A stretch of DNA of 63,993 nt, the filler included, from Gonapodya sp. JEL0774 (Eukaryota), in the NCBI GenBank assembly GCA_027604505.1. It is 3 parts of 3 records of this genome, joined end to end, with 100 filler letters (N's around TTAATTAATTAA, not from the genome) between each part and the next. Parts side by side here need not be neighbours in the genome. Positions count along the whole stretch, not along the records: positions 1 to 26,989 come from JADIIX010000218.1; positions 27,090 to 53,866 come from JADIIX010000219.1; 1 more part is not named here. One strand, written 5' to 3'. Under the pieces are notes generated by a model. It made no database searches. It worked only from the letters and a program-made list of their open reading frames with translations, and was not told the origin of the DNA. Below, piece after piece: positions 24,267 to 38,163 of the stretch (position 1 is the stretch's first letter; each line of letters opens with the position of its first letter). The position numbers were made by a program, and so were the translations under genes.

Positions 24267-26149
24267 AGTATTGGTCAGTATCGTGCGGCGTGTTGTGTTT
24301 GGGAAACGCTGGAGGGGGAGAGGAGCATCACCAGGTCATGGAGAGAAACAGCAGTCATGATATTCTTACATCTCATTTATAGCGTTTAGCAATCGAGTTG
24401 TGGTACCCCTGATGCGCGCGGTTGAAGTTATGTTGTATTCTTCCTCCATTTACATAATAGCATATGCAACAATAAAGAAACACAACAACTCCTTAAAACA
24501 CTTCCTGTTGGACTTAAAACGACAAACGCCAGGGATCATCCCATTCGGTATCTCCTATCCCGAACAGCAACACCACCAGTCCCCAACGGTTTCTCGTGGA
24601 ACTCTCGGAAGACCATAATTTGCAAGCTCGGCACGGGAACATCGACACGTACGCGCATTCACTGTCATTGCCCAGTCGATCGCGTCGTTACTCCAATTAC
24701 TCGCGCACTTGCACCAGTATCGAACTCGCCGCATATTATCAAGAAAGGGGCGACCAGTTCCTCAAAAAATACATCGAAGTGCAGCAGTGTGCATCCTCCT
24801 TTCCGCAACCCACTAACCCCCACCCAGCTCGCGCTCTGCTCCTCCCATGCAAACATGTTCATATTGCTTCGCTGAGAACAAAGCATTTCCTTTGTTCCAT
24901 TCCCGACGTGGCCAAAGATTGGGTGTATGTAATAGGACACGACAATCGTTGCTGGGTGAGGAGAGGCGAGCCTTCTCTCCTCCATGCCGCACTCGTCTCA
25001 ATATTCACATTAACCCACCAACTGATTTCCGCTCGAAATAGATCAATAATATACAATAGGTTGCGCAATCGCTCACCTTGCGCGTTTCAAGAACTTACTA
25101 CACCATATCCCTTTAAGTTCACAGGTGTGACATGGCGGGGAATCTCTGGAGGGTTGTACAACTGGCTCAGTCTTGTCTGTGACACTCTTGCTATTGAACC
25201 GTGGACGAGAGCGGACGAGAGTCGATGTGGAAAGAGACCGGGTAACTGTCGGCATGAGACAACGTCATGCTCACTCATGCTGGCGCTGTTTTATGCCGAC
25301 AATCTCTCGGTCTCGTTGTTATGTTACACCCAAGACCCAGTCTAGAAAACCATCCACTGCAGATTACTGAGCAGTCCTCATAATGACAGAAGAATATGGC
25401 GTGATTCCAATGTGGCAGTGACTGTGTTACGGTGACAGTCCCTAACTCAATATGGTCATGGAGGTCATGGAAACCCGCAAATCACCACCTGAAATAAACG
25501 ATTTATTCTGCCTGTTTGCTTTCACTGTCTTCTGGGGATTTGTCTTTGCGGAGTGCAACCCACCGCAAACACAAGCGCGGCAAGGAAGGTCAAACCAGAT
25601 GAGAGTGAAAGCAAACCAACAATGTAGGCCTTTTTCTCCGAAATATTACGTCCATCGTGGCGATATGTGCCCATGGCATGGTCACTTCGCGGCCAATAGT
25701 GAAGAGTGACAGAACTGCCACCTTTACCACCAGCAAGACCACTCCCACTCCTGCCCAAACCTCCACCTGATCAAAATACCGTCCACTTTGAGTCCTCTAT
25801 GCGGACTCGCTCGCTTTTTCGGAGATTGAAGGGGACGAGACAGGCTCCAAACAGGTGTGGCCATTTGATGCGCTACACAAGGACCATTGACGGTTCCAAG
25901 AGGGAGACGGCGGTAATCGCTGCACCAACACAGGAATCCACGAAGTGTTGGCGGAAACCTCTCAAGTCATCCCCAATGGAATGAATTCGTTCTGATGTTC
26001 GAGTTTGCTGGTGCGTTGGGTACAGACATCGACCTTAATTTCCATAACCTTCGGCCAACCCCATTGAGCACGACGACGAACACATGTATATTCATGGAGA
26101 AAACATGCAGCCGCGATGAAAGAGCAGAACTCGTGCCTTTATTTGACTT

Positions 26150-26989
26150 CATAGTTTCTCACGCACATCATCCATTTAATATATTCAATTTGTTGCTCTC
26201 TGGAATGCCGACAGTTCTCCGGATGGAGATCCAAAGAGTAGCAATTTTGATTTGTAATTTGTTCAGAGAAATGTGGGCCCGTTCTTCTCATTCAATGCCA
26301 TTCTTGCGGAGCACACGCGGCAGAGAAGAGGCAGACCAGGACGAGGGTAGGAACACAAGACGATGCAACGTTCTTGGTCCGCCCTTACCACAGTGACCGT
26401 AACACCCAAGGAACTCCACCTTTGAAACATAAAATTGACGCCCTGAAGAATTAACAATCTCCTTCAACAAAGGTCTCCTTCGATGATTTCCATTTTCGAA
26501 TCCTGTTCGAACTTGGCCAGGCTCACAGTTTTGAGAGAAGCGAGGTAGAGTTGAGCGATTCGCGCGAGGCTGGGGTTCTTTCCCAAGAACAGTGGGCGAC
26601 TTCCCGTGTGCCTCTCCGCCACCTTTGTCGGCGTTCCCCCGATCACCTTCTGGTCACACACCTTTCCAATCTTCTCCGCAGTTGCTGGCTTCGGGTGTGC
26701 AATGCCATTTGGAGCAGCGATAGTTGTGTGGAATGCTGTAACAGTCGAGGAAATTGCCTCAACAGGGGAAATCGGCTTAATGCGCGGCATAAAGGCAGGT
26801 ACTGAATATTGTCGAGGGGCGATCTGACCCTTCTCGAAGCCCCCACTTCTGCGTCTTCGACACACCTCGGCAATGCGCATTTTCTGTTTGTTTCGAGCCT
26901 CTCGTCGAAGGCTGCTTGCGAGACCCCGCGGAACAGGTGGCACTATCCGTGTCCTGGAGTGATGGAAACGGGGGTTGCGGGGATGGGCA
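26150..26989 (-). repeat. Right copy of terminal inverted repeat (partner 1-817)
   Basis: Reverse complement of 1-817 with substitutions and an in-frame ~24-bp extra segment (IGGTPTKV). Confidence 0.95.
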
Positions 26990-27089
26990 NNNNNNNNNNN
27001 NNNNNNNNNNNNNNNNNNNNNNNNNNNNNNNNNTTAATTAATTAANNNNNNNNNNNNNNNNNNNNNNNNNNNNNNNNNNNNNNNNNNNN
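26990..27089. other. Artificial scaffold-joining linker N44-TTAATTAATTAA-N44
   Basis: Stop codons in all six frames flanked by equal N runs; 100 bp in total. Confidence 0.97.
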
Positions 27090-28624
27090 TCAACCTCTTG
27101 TATGTTGTTCGGGACCACTCCAAGGGCTTGCAGTGCTAACGTAAGAACGTGGGAAGCAGTTCCCCAACTCGATTGGTAGCCGTACCCGGAATGACCGTAA
27201 TTGTGAATGACGAGGCACTTAGTGGGGAAAGTTGGAACTGACAACAAGATTTGTCAATTATAGGGTGTCGATGGAAACTGCTTCTCTTGGCGCGATTTCG
27301 AAACTCTAGACAAACCTTCTCGCCATTCGGTTTCAACACGTGCTCCTCCAATTCTTGATGGTCTCAATCCCACTTGGTGGCGAATGATTTCAACATCAGG
27401 GAAGTCAAAAATGGGGTCGTCGTCCTGGGTCTGTGCTGGCTCTTGTTCAGAGTCAGCGCGGCCTCCCCAGCTGCTCCGCAAGAGCCCAGGAGCGATGGCA
27501 ACGCAACGGCGCAGCATGGACGCAGCTGTCACCCAGGAGGAGAGAACCAAGCGTTTGGACGGTGATTGCCAAGAGAGGGTATCCTGCCAATTTCGAAGCT
27601 CACCAGAATCCATATGAGGTTCTAAATCCCACTCGTCTGCTTGGAAGGTTCCTCCGCAACAAACAGTCCCTGAGCCATCGGGACGTGGAATGACATAGCA
27701 GACCTCATCTGGGTTGGACACGCGGCGTCAAGTGTGTATATCTCGAACACCAAGCACTTAGTGTCAGATCAACATCGCCCGTACCGAATCTCATCCATTG
27801 CTCATTGAATCCAGGTGCACGGACAAGAACTGTTTGTCCGCGTGTGGGACTCAAGTCAAGGTCAGAGAGCACGGCGGATTTATGATTGAACCGATGTCGT
27901 GCTTACAAGATTTTCTTGTCCTCCACCCCTCCCAGGTTCCTTGCAGCGATCCCCGAGCAATTTACAACAAATTTTGGTTTGGAGCCAAAGAGAGATCCGA
28001 TTTGACCGGAGCATAGCTCGTTAATGTGTGATACGGTGCCGACTTGTACTTTACCGCCCATTTTGCGGAAGGTTCGCAAGAGAAAAAGCAGGTAGTTCGG
28101 GACGTCGATCGATATCCCGTTAAAAACATAGCCAAAGTGACAGTTCGGAGGTAGTTCATGAGCCATCAAGTGGCGATACTGGATCCGAGTGTGGTTCAAA
28201 AGTGGAGCATGGTAAAAGTTCGAATGGTCCACTTAGGAACTTCCTCTCTTTCCGCAAGTCACAAACTCACACCGGGTACAAATGTTGCAAACCACGGATC
28301 GGTCCATTCTTCGGGTTTCAGACTGCCCACTTCGTAGGAGGGTTGCCGCTTCACACCAGTTCCCTCGATAGACCCAAGCTCGTAGAGCATATTGAACGCA
28401 ACAGAATCCCACTTTTGCATGCGGAAATCATCTTTGTCGGCAAATGAATGCCAGTTTGCTGCTCCCTTGGGTGATGTGTACTCGGCGTCAGCGTCAACGA
28501 GCTCTGGATTGGATTTCGAAACGATCGTGACTGAGAAACCATACGCTTGAAGGACGACGGCGGTCGTCAGGCCAACCACACCGGCACCCAGAACGGTCAC
28601 TGGTACGGGTTCTTTGGATGTCAT
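27090..28624 (-). CDS. DAO1: D-amino-acid oxidase (FAD-dependent), multi-exon, 3' end at the scaffold edge
   Basis: VTVLGAGVVGLTTA (FAD-binding), YTSPKGAANW, VVNCSGIAARNLGGVED, YVIPRPDG, VGLRPSR, IHNYGHSGYGYQSSWG. Confidence 0.92.
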
Positions 28625-28794
28625 CAAAAAGCAACGCTCGAGAGTGAGTGAATCGGAAGGCGATCGCGAAATGTGTTTGACTAGGCACGTACGGCCCGAT
28701 CCCGGCTAAAATTTCGAACCCGTCTCCAGAACGATACGGAATTACACGTTTTATATTTACAAGTTTGACGTATTATGTAGCTCTTTGAAACGTT

Positions 28795-30268
28795 CTACAG
28801 CAGCGTTTCCCCAAGTGCACTTCTGACCAACCCGCACCCAACGCTCACCGTCTGCAACAAACCCCCCTGGTCTCCAATCAATGGGTTTACTTCCATCAAG
28901 TCCATAGCTACAAGTAAGCCCGTCTCATGCAACGACTCGCATATGTAATGGCCCTCACGGAACGTAAGTCCTCCTCGAACCGGAGTGCCAGTTGCGGGGA
29001 TGACTGAGGGGTCGAGGGCTGAACAGGAATCGCGCGGATGGAAGATGAGAGGTTCGACGGTTTAAGTGGAACGATGATGAAGCGTACCATCGACATCAAA
29101 GGAGAGGTGGATGGGTTTGTCCCGGCGGGGGGTGATCTGACACGCGTTCATTGGATCGGTTAGAGTGACACGATGAGATACCCCAGCTTCAATACTCACA
29201 TGATCCAAGGCCATTTCCATAACACGACCAATGCCCCATTTGTCTACTCTTTTGAATGGTGTTCGTTTGGGAGCACAGACCGGGGTCAACCCTTAAAATA
29301 TAGAAACACAAATTCGGAAGGTAGCGACACTCACTCGTGCATTGAGAACGCTTTGATGCCAAGAGAACGAATGATTTTCTTCTCTCCCGGATCCAGATCT
29401 GATCGGCAACAGAGTCACCGGCATAGTTCCCGTTTCTACCACTACTAATCTCCAAGCATGAGCGAACGCACCTCGCAGCCCAATGTAGACCAGTCTCTTG
29501 GCATCGAGGCACGGCTTCAGCCATTCAAACTGTTCGACTTTCGAACCAATCCCCAACAAGAAGCTAACTGGGCATCCATGCAAGTTCCCACTGATTGTTG
29601 TTTCGGGAGTGTTGATGTCCTAAGAGGAGATGAAGGAAGGGTAGTACTTCTCAAGTCACCCATGGCAGAGTCTGGACACTTACAGCGTGTGCGTCAACCC
29701 ACACCACGCACAGATCCGGGTAGACACTAGCACTCCCTGGAATGGTTCCAAGGGCGAGAGAGTGGTCACCGCCAAGCGTCAGCGCAAAGTGACCTTTCAA
29801 GCAGGTCGACTTCACAGCATCATGCACGCGCTTGGCTAATGCCGACACCCATCGCACGTTGCGTAATCTGCCAACAAGGGGGTCCGATGTGGGCCGAACT
29901 TGGTCTGCTGGAGGAAAATTGTCGTCCAGATTGACTGCGTATCCCAGCTCCTTCAATAACCATCAAGTGAGGAGGTCATCTCGCATCGAGTTTCCCCCAT
30001 AATTGCAACTATCGCATTTACACCCCGACCCTCACCTCACTCTGAAGTTGTTCAAGGAGACCGAACTCTATAAGATGCCCAGGCCCTGTTTCTACGCCTC
30101 GCTTGGGCTGACCACCAGCTGGTTACATAAGTGGCAGCTATGAGCCCGCGTAAAATGGATCAGCGTTATATCATTGACAGTCTCACAGAATCCGGCTGGA
30201 ATGACTCCCACTGCGCGCTCAGTTAGAAACTTATGTTTGGGAAATACATGGTCATCGTCGTCAGCCAT
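28795..30268 (-). CDS. CAR1: Arginase, multi-exon
   Basis: [62 protein letters not shown]-terminal GETLL. Confidence 0.95.
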
Positions 30269-30362
30269 CGTGTGTTGCGATGAAATGGGCAAGGTGATAG
30301 AGTCAACGTCAAAATTGTGACCTCAGTCAGGCCGCTTCCCACCTCCGCATTTCATAATTCTT

Positions 30363-33300
30363 ATGTCCAACGTCCCTGGGACGGAGCGGATACTTCACCT
30401 TTGGGTGCATGACACTCAATCCAGTAAACATGTAAGATGAGTTTGCAGCCCGATCGTTCTATCGGAGGATCGACTCATTTTCGGTCCAAAAACAAGGACT
30501 TGGTCATTAATCCGGAATTCCTGCCGGGAATATCCGAAAGCGATGTACTCGAGATCATTCCCGTCAGTGCTGCATCAGGTGGACAGCAGACGCCATCTGC
30601 GCGGTTGCTTTTGAAGGCAACCAGGGTAGATCTCGTGGCAAGCATGAAACAACCAAACCTACAAGTATCTGTGGAGCGGAGCATCGCGTCTGCTTTTAAT
30701 CTACGTCCCTTTGGAGACGTTTTAGTGAAAAAAGTAAGGGGGACATGATTGGAACCCGCCAGTACTCAGTACCCAATACCACTTTCGTTCAGGTCGAAAC
30801 TGCTGACGTCACACTGGATTACGTGGAAATTGCATTTAAAGATCAGTATTTCGGGAGAGCGGACATGTGGCGACTGAGGCAGGCCATGGATGGTACATGT
30901 GTGTTTCGAGGTCGCCGTGTGAGTTGCCATTTGAACTTCGCTGCCCACAACTCTCACACCGCTGAAACGAGGACTTCATCTAAGCTCAACCATTTCACGG
31001 TTATTAAAGCCAGCGTGAATGAGCTTTATGTGAAGGGCAAAGTGGTGCGTCCAACCGAACGAAGGGGTCGGCACCGAAGCCGATTTATTCTTGAAATGTA
31101 CTTTCGTACCATCGCAGGTGGACTCTGGCGTAGTATCTAGCTCCACAAAGGCCATCTTCCGATCCGAATCTGCCAAAGTCTACATATTTATCCAAATGTC
31201 GAAGGAAATGTGGCACTTTGACGAGGACGGGGAGCTATACCGCGAAAAGTGCCTTAGCGGGTATGAATTCCACACAGAGTGCACTTCTACTCCATATTTC
31301 CTCGGATTACCTAGCTTTTCTGATGTTTAGACTTTTGCCTGAGCTGTACGCTCGTTGGCGTGCTGCTGGTGCCAACCACCTTGTCACTATCGTCCTCACC
31401 ACACGGGTCTTTTACCCTCAGAGCACCGACCCAGCACTGGTAACCCTCAACCACATACACACTGAACCAAGAACAGGTCGTCTGTATCGCGATTTCTACA
31501 GCGTGGTTGTGGACTTCGAGAGTCGGTGCGAATGGCTAGAGTGTCTCAGACTGCTGAAAATAGGATTCGCAAAGTTTGAAAGAGACGTCTTACAAGTAGC
31601 TAGAGAGGATGGCTCGACTATGATCTGTGGGGAGAATTCTGCAGGCTTCGAAGGGAATGTTCTGGAAGCTGGTATGGTTGAACTTGTTTTTTGCGGTCCT
31701 TGAAACCACAACACTTAAAACTTGTGCTGTTGCAGTGAATCTTGCTCTGAATCCATTTGATCGTCACTATGTTGATCGCGATCTTCTGCGGACCGGCCTC
31801 TCAATTATCGTGGTTACTCCGACACCTGGTTTCTTTGATTGCCGTAAGGACTTGCTTCGATTGACAACGCAGCGCATGATGGATCATGGGCTAGGACTTG
31901 ATGTGGTTTCTTTATGTAGACCTCCATTGTACACTGTGCCATTGTTTCGATTCTGGGCAGACTCGGTCGTGCAATCAGACGGATCCACCACGAGTCCTCG
32001 TGCTGCCCGCGAAACCGAATTTTATGTTTATTCAAACTCCTTTGATCCACGCACATTTCTGGCTGTCACCAACACTATGCATTCCTGCACAGTGGACCCA
32101 CTCTTTTGCTCTCATTGCGATACTCACCCAACTCCGAATGGACGGTGGACTATTCCTCACTGGATTGACATGTCATTCTGGAACCGACAGGCAGAAGATC
32201 GACTGAGAGGAGCCCAGCACGGAGGACCCGAAGATGTGCTGACTGGTACGAGGTTCATGTTTCGCTGCAGAATGCATTCAGTACAAGTTGGGCTTCAACA
32301 GAGATTAGAACAGAATGTGCTTGTTCCGGTCGAAATGCCGCCGGTTATTGCGCCTGCTGCATCTGGCTTGTTGCTGAGTGGTGAAACCAATAAGTCGAGC
32401 CCCGCAAGATCGCCGCAGAGAGCTTCCACAACAGCTCGTGGCGAGGAAAGTACTTACGATGAATCTATTGACGATGGTTCTGCCAGTTTAAATGATAACG
32501 CGACAGTCCGAGATTGGCGTCGAGGCGCCGACACCGGTCGGGGCACAGCTGGGGATGTCAAAACCTCCGCCGCGGAACGCGCGATATCAATCAGCGACTC
32601 TGTGTATGATGAATATGATGAGTACGATGAGCAACTATTTTCTTATGTGGAGATTTCTCCGTCGAGTAAGCTAAGACGAGCCGAGAGCGGGATGCAGGGT
32701 CGGGAGTCTCGTCACGCAAAACCTTCTGCGGAACTGTCACCCGATCGTGACCGTGCTTCTCTGGCATCAAAGGGCACCATTCGCACTGATGTAATCCGAC
32801 GTAGTCCTGATCGTCCACCTCCGCGGTTACCGTTCGCACAAGAAGTTGCCCCAAGCGACCTTCGGATGCCCCGTCCGACCCCAACCAGGTCGACAAATTC
32901 AGCTCCCGTAGCGTCACCGCTGATTGCTTCTGCTCGTCTTGAAAGTCGGGCATCGTCTGCCGGCCTACTTTCAGAAAACACGGGCGGAGTTGGTGATACA
33001 ACAGCGGTCTTGGGGTCTTCTGCGAAGCCACCTATCCTCCCACCCCCGCCCGCACAAAGTGTCGCGCCTGTTGCTTCCACTGCGTTCTCGTATTTGGTTT
33101 CATTGTTTCGATCCACCGCTCCTCCGATTACTGTATCACAACCGCAGGTAACTCCACAGATGACGCCACGACCACCTGCAACCACAATCGGTCTCAAAAA
33201 CGAGGTGCCAAGTACAGTGGAGCCACGATCAAGCTTGGAGAGTTCGCGGGTAGCCATGAGCCGGACCATTCCTAAGGTCGATCCCCAAGACGATTCTCAG

Positions 33301-36294
33301 TCTAACCATCCGCGCAGTGTCACCACCTTCTCAAGCGGACAAGACCCCCTCAGTAGGAGTTTTGGATCGGCAGACCGCTCTTTGCTGGCACGATCTCCTC
33401 GAGGAGATGGTCTCAGATCATGGAAAACTTCGAGTCCCCGAGATAAGGAGTTCCCGTCCACTCCGCGGCACTCTCCAAACTTCTCGGAATTTACGAGGGC
33501 CACCTCTAAAGTGAATATATATTTTGCTTGTCCGGAATATGGGCAATATCAATTTACTGGTATTCTTTCAACCGTGATGATTCAAGGAACCGGAACCTGT
33601 ATTCCAGGACGTGAACCCATTCAATCCATCAAAGAATATCGTACGTCTAACTCCAGATATTCGGTAAGAACTTCTGGGGTGTCGCTCGGTGGATGCTCAT
33701 CTCATAGTCCCTGCCTGTCACCGATATCTTTCCTTGCAGTCGATGGCATCACATATTTCCACAATACGACCAGTATGAGAACGATCCTATCACCAAGTGG
33801 AAGTCACTCTGCATGCCTGCCTGCCTTCCTCTAACATCGGATTTCGTTCCGTCCCAGGAAGATATTTGTGCGTAAAACCCCAAATACCGTTGTCGTTTCG
33901 AAAGTGGTGCGCTGAGTCTTATCCCATGAATCATTTTGCTAGCAAAGAATTACGAAGAATCTCCCTACACTGTCTCGCCCTCGATGGATTATCAAGATGG
34001 AGCTGAGAGGAAACGAGCCGAATCGCTGTTTGTAATGGAGCTTGTTCTTCACCGACTCGGTCAGGTTGGTCCGGTAATGGTCTGTATCGGATCGTTGACT
34101 CATCTAATCATCGTGTTTGCAATTTGGTTTGTTAGGGCTTCCAGCTCCACAGTCTTCAAATATCGCCTACGGATGATGGGTATCACCTAGGTCCGCGGGT
34201 GCTGGGAGCACGTCCGTCGCTTCTGAACAACGAAGAAGTAGTATCAACGTCCTTGAAAACCAAATCCAGTAACCTCACGGAGGGGCTTCTCTGGTCAAAA
34301 GACTCCAGGGATCGAGGCTATCTGTTGAGCCTTGGCGATCACATTCATCGAATTATCCCGAGTAACTCTGGCGCGGAGAATGTTGCTATCAAGCGGTACG
34401 TCAAGAAGAGTAAGCTCAAGCCTGTCCCGATTATCTACCCAGCAGTCATTCGTCCGAAAAATCAGTCCAATTATAAGGATCAAGTGGTTAGCTTCTCATA
34501 CTCGCCGCTAGCGCAGCACGCGTGGAATTATGTGGACCGTTTAATTGCCGGCTACATTGATGATTTTAAGGAGGATCTACGATTCTGGAGAACCAGATTT
34601 TTGTTCCTTCCAACCGATTCTCTCCCCAGTGTTGCTTTCATCCATCATGCCGGCCTATCTCAGAGTGAGAAGTTGAACGACGAAGAGATCAGAATAGCCG
34701 CATTCCAAAAGTTTATCGACCAATTTGAGAAGGCCATCCTGCATGATCGGCCTGTCAGTAGCGCCTCCATTCCAACGTCCAAGACCAAGCAGAAGCCACC
34801 AGCCAGCGTCGTCAAAGTCGATTTTACGACATACAATCTATCCAAATTCGTTGAAGTGGAGTTGAATAAACTGAAAGCTGGATCTGAGGGCATCCGAGAC
34901 GAAATGAGGGAACCAGAAGACCTTTCAACTGCCTCACCGTGGCCCACGGTTTTGGCTGCCATGCACAGTCCTGGCGGCGTTGCATTCAAGGATAGAACTT
35001 GGCACATCACAAATCACCAGCAAACATTCATTGGGCGGGAATGGGTGGATTGGGCTGTTCGGGTATTCTCGGATATTGAAACTCGAGAGGAGGCTGTGAC
35101 TTTTGGGCGCACGCTCATGGAGAAAAATTTGATCGCGCATTGCCGTGGAACTCACTCATTTTTGGATGGACAATATTGGTATATAGTTCGGAAGAACAAA
35201 AGCGTTGATGGGGAACGTCTGAAGCTGGATGGGGCCGGTGAGGTTGCAACTCCTGCTCAGCAGTCTTCAGCGAGTCCAAGCAAAGAGCCCACTTCGTCGC
35301 AGAAAGATATAAGTCTGGAAATGATATCGAAAAGTCAATCGCGCTCCCGTACACCGAAGATCCAACTGAGCCGCCGCGTGAAAGTTGACATGGACCCCCA
35401 TAAAAGGAGCGAGCGATCTGAGTGGGTTCACCTACACTTCGATACCATACAGAATATGGGGAACGCCTATCACTTTCAGCTAAATTGGGTTCGTTAATGT
35501 TCTCCGTTGCTACGGGATCGTGCTGTGAGATGAACTATCAACTTACACAACTCTGCCTTGTTTGTGCGAAACAGCTTGTATGTACAGCTCGACTGATTGA
35601 GGAGGTCTTAAGCACTTGGAGTCGAACAGCAGAACGGTGTGGTCTTCGAATGGTTGAAGCACCTATATTTCAAGCTCCGCTCTTCTCGCAGGATAATCCA
35701 TTCGGTTCAGTCGCTGAAGTATCGTTAGCTGTTCCGCCTCCGGCCGCTGAAGATGTGAGAGCGCGTGTTAGTAGAGATTTAGTTATTCCGGATGAGTGGT
35801 TCGAGCGGGAGCTACTGAGGAGTCAAGGGTTCATTTTGGATCTGGAGGCAGGAAGATTCTTTCCGGGTGAGTAATATCGACTACAGTTCTTGTCTCTAAA
35901 ACTGTTGACAGTACACTTCGTATAGAGCGTAGTGTGGAGTACTCACATGGTGGTGCCGTTTTTGACTATACCCAGTTCATCCACAAGAGCGGGGTGAGTA
36001 ATATGGAGGCGACTGATTTCACGCTCTATGCGCATGAGAGTAATGACAATAATCCCCCGAAAGGTTGCCTTCGTTCAGATTTTAGACCAAGGAAAAGGCT
36101 TCCATTGGGTCAGCAACCGACTGATCTTGGCAAGCTCGTCGGGATCACCGAGCCAGCGTGGTGCAGCCACGCAATCATCAGATGAATTGTTAAAGAATTT
36201 CAAGCGACTGTGTGAGGATCCTAAGCAGCTGTCCGAGCTGTATGAGCGGAGCATGGCAAAGCTTCCGTTGGCTGGCCCACAGGAAGGATCGTAA
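30363..36294 (+). CDS. IML1: Iml1/DEPDC5, GATOR1/SEACIT subunit, multi-exon
   Basis: [83 protein letters not shown] domain DRTWH...FIGREWVDW. Confidence 0.93.
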
Positions 36295-36516
36295 GTGCAA
36301 AGTGAATGTTCCCTTTCTCACATCAATGCATCTGAAGGTCGTGAATCGCTCTCAGGGGTGTCGAAATTCCAACTGAGTATCGAAGCTGAACTTGTCCTGG
36401 TGCGGGTACTTTGCAAATATTTGGCATGTTTATATGAGTCTAGCTGTAAATAATTATATTCCGCGAAAGCAACACCTAATTTCCCTCCGCTTGCGAAAGA
36501 AGAATGGTGTATTTAT

Positions 36517-37835
36517 CTATAACATCACAAACACCACAGAAAGGACCGCGAAAAGAACGCTGACGAGTCCTCCCGGAATATGTCTGCTTAGCGCTCCCGC
36601 TCCACTAGCACAAGGACCCGTTGCAATGGTAGGTTCTGGGATAGAAGTTTCTTTCGTTGTTACATTCGCGGTTGTGAGATCCATGTAGGTGCTGCGACAC
36701 ATGTTTCTGGCACCGCTGTCCAGCTGAAGGTTTTTGACCTGGGCGTCGATTCCAATTGCATTCGTGACAGGACACACGTTGGATACTGTCGCGTTACTCT
36801 CGATATATTCCACGCTTGTGTGGGACAACGCAAGCATGCTCGTTAATTCATAGTCCGGGTGAAACTTCGGACATGAACCCACTCAAACACCGCTTTGTCG
36901 ACATTGAGGAAGATCTTTGCAGCATCGCAAGAGCCAAACTGGACACACTGCTCGAGAAGTGCAAAATCGTACCAGTCCACCAATTGGCTTCCCAGATCAA
37001 GCGTATTTTTGAGGCCAGCGACGAGCCCAAGCGAATGAGCAGTTTCCGCAAGCCTAGCAAGACAATATAAAGATAGGCGTAAAATAGACGGGAAACTACT
37101 CTTACCACCGATTGTACGCCACCTGATCATTTGCAGTCAAAGGAAAACCGGAATCGTTCGAATAGCCGTCAACGTTATCTCCCTCGACGCCGTCACATCC
37201 TTTTCTCTTCGCGAGTTCCATCCGTGCTCTCATTATAGGTCCGAGAACGACAACATTCCGAATGTCTAGTGGTTTTGGGGATGATTGATACATGTGGGGT
37301 CCACTGGGATGAACGCGCTGTTGTCTCCCATATAATGCTTCATACCAAGCCACGTCTCCCCCTTCCATCCGGAGAGTTTCTTCCCCCGAACAGAGGTGGG
37401 GAACTTGCAGCTGTCCGGGCGCCAATCCTCGTACGATCCAACAGATATATAGCAAATCACGATATGTCCAGCAGCTTTGAGAGCAGAAATCGTAGTTGAA
37501 GGGGCATCAAAGACGTCTATATCATAGATTCTGGAGTTCGAAGACGCTGGCAATGAGAAACAATACAATGGCAGACAGGGATCGAACTTGAGTTCAGCAG
37601 TGTTGGAGTGCCGTTCGTTATAAGCACCGCCCATATAGCCGTTGTGAGACTTACTGTCGATGGTGTTTCTAAGTTGCCATTGGAACGACGTACCGGGCGT
37701 AATTCGAATCAAGCTTGCTGTTGTTTGGGAAATGGTAGTGGTGGTTTGTGAGCGCACAGGTAGAGTCATGAACCCCAGGGTGATGATGGACAGGAGCAAT
37801 CTTATGCGCCAGGCATTCCATCGATGGGACGCCAT
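36517..37835 (-). CDS. Glycoside hydrolase family 114 (endo-alpha-1,4-polygalactosaminidase-like), secreted, probable GPI/TM anchor
   Basis: Signal peptide; PGTSFQWQL, YDIDVFD, VICYISVGSYEDWRPD, GWKGETWL|DIR, KGCDGVEGDNVDGY, GLKNTL, FALLEQC; hydrophobic C-terminus. Confidence 0.85.
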
Positions 37836-38163
37836 TACGATGTTCAACAAGAATGGTGATTACACCTGGCGTCGTGTGCAATTGTACGTGGAGATGAGGT
37901 AAAAAAGGACAGGGCCCATCAAATGTGACTTCTCTTGTGAGACCTCGAAGGGAGCAAGTGGTCCGAATTGTTGTTATCAAGTAAGTAATAATTGATTGCT
38001 ATCATTACGTACCGCATCACTAGCTGACATACAAATCCAAAGTACGGGGCCATATTATAATCAATAAAAATAACGTTCTGAAAGCGATCTACAGAAACAA
38101 TTATCACAGTACACTGATGACAACGTCCAGTGCGTGAAATTGTTTGCAACCCGGCGGAACCCA

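Noticed and set aside
24596..26150. 249-aa ORF and neighbouring short ORFs
   Set aside because: No recognisable motifs or convincing splice structure; possibly a decayed gene or repeat, but it cannot be supported.
26990..27089. Palindromic TTAATTAATTAA between N runs (also at 53867-53966)
   Set aside because: Artificial six-frame-stop linker; adjacency across it has no biological meaning, so scaffold C is not linked to CDC27.
27090..27094. Both post-linker scaffolds begin with TCAAC (27090 and 53967)
   Set aside because: Only 5 bp, and the first lies inside the DAO coding region; coincidence is likely.
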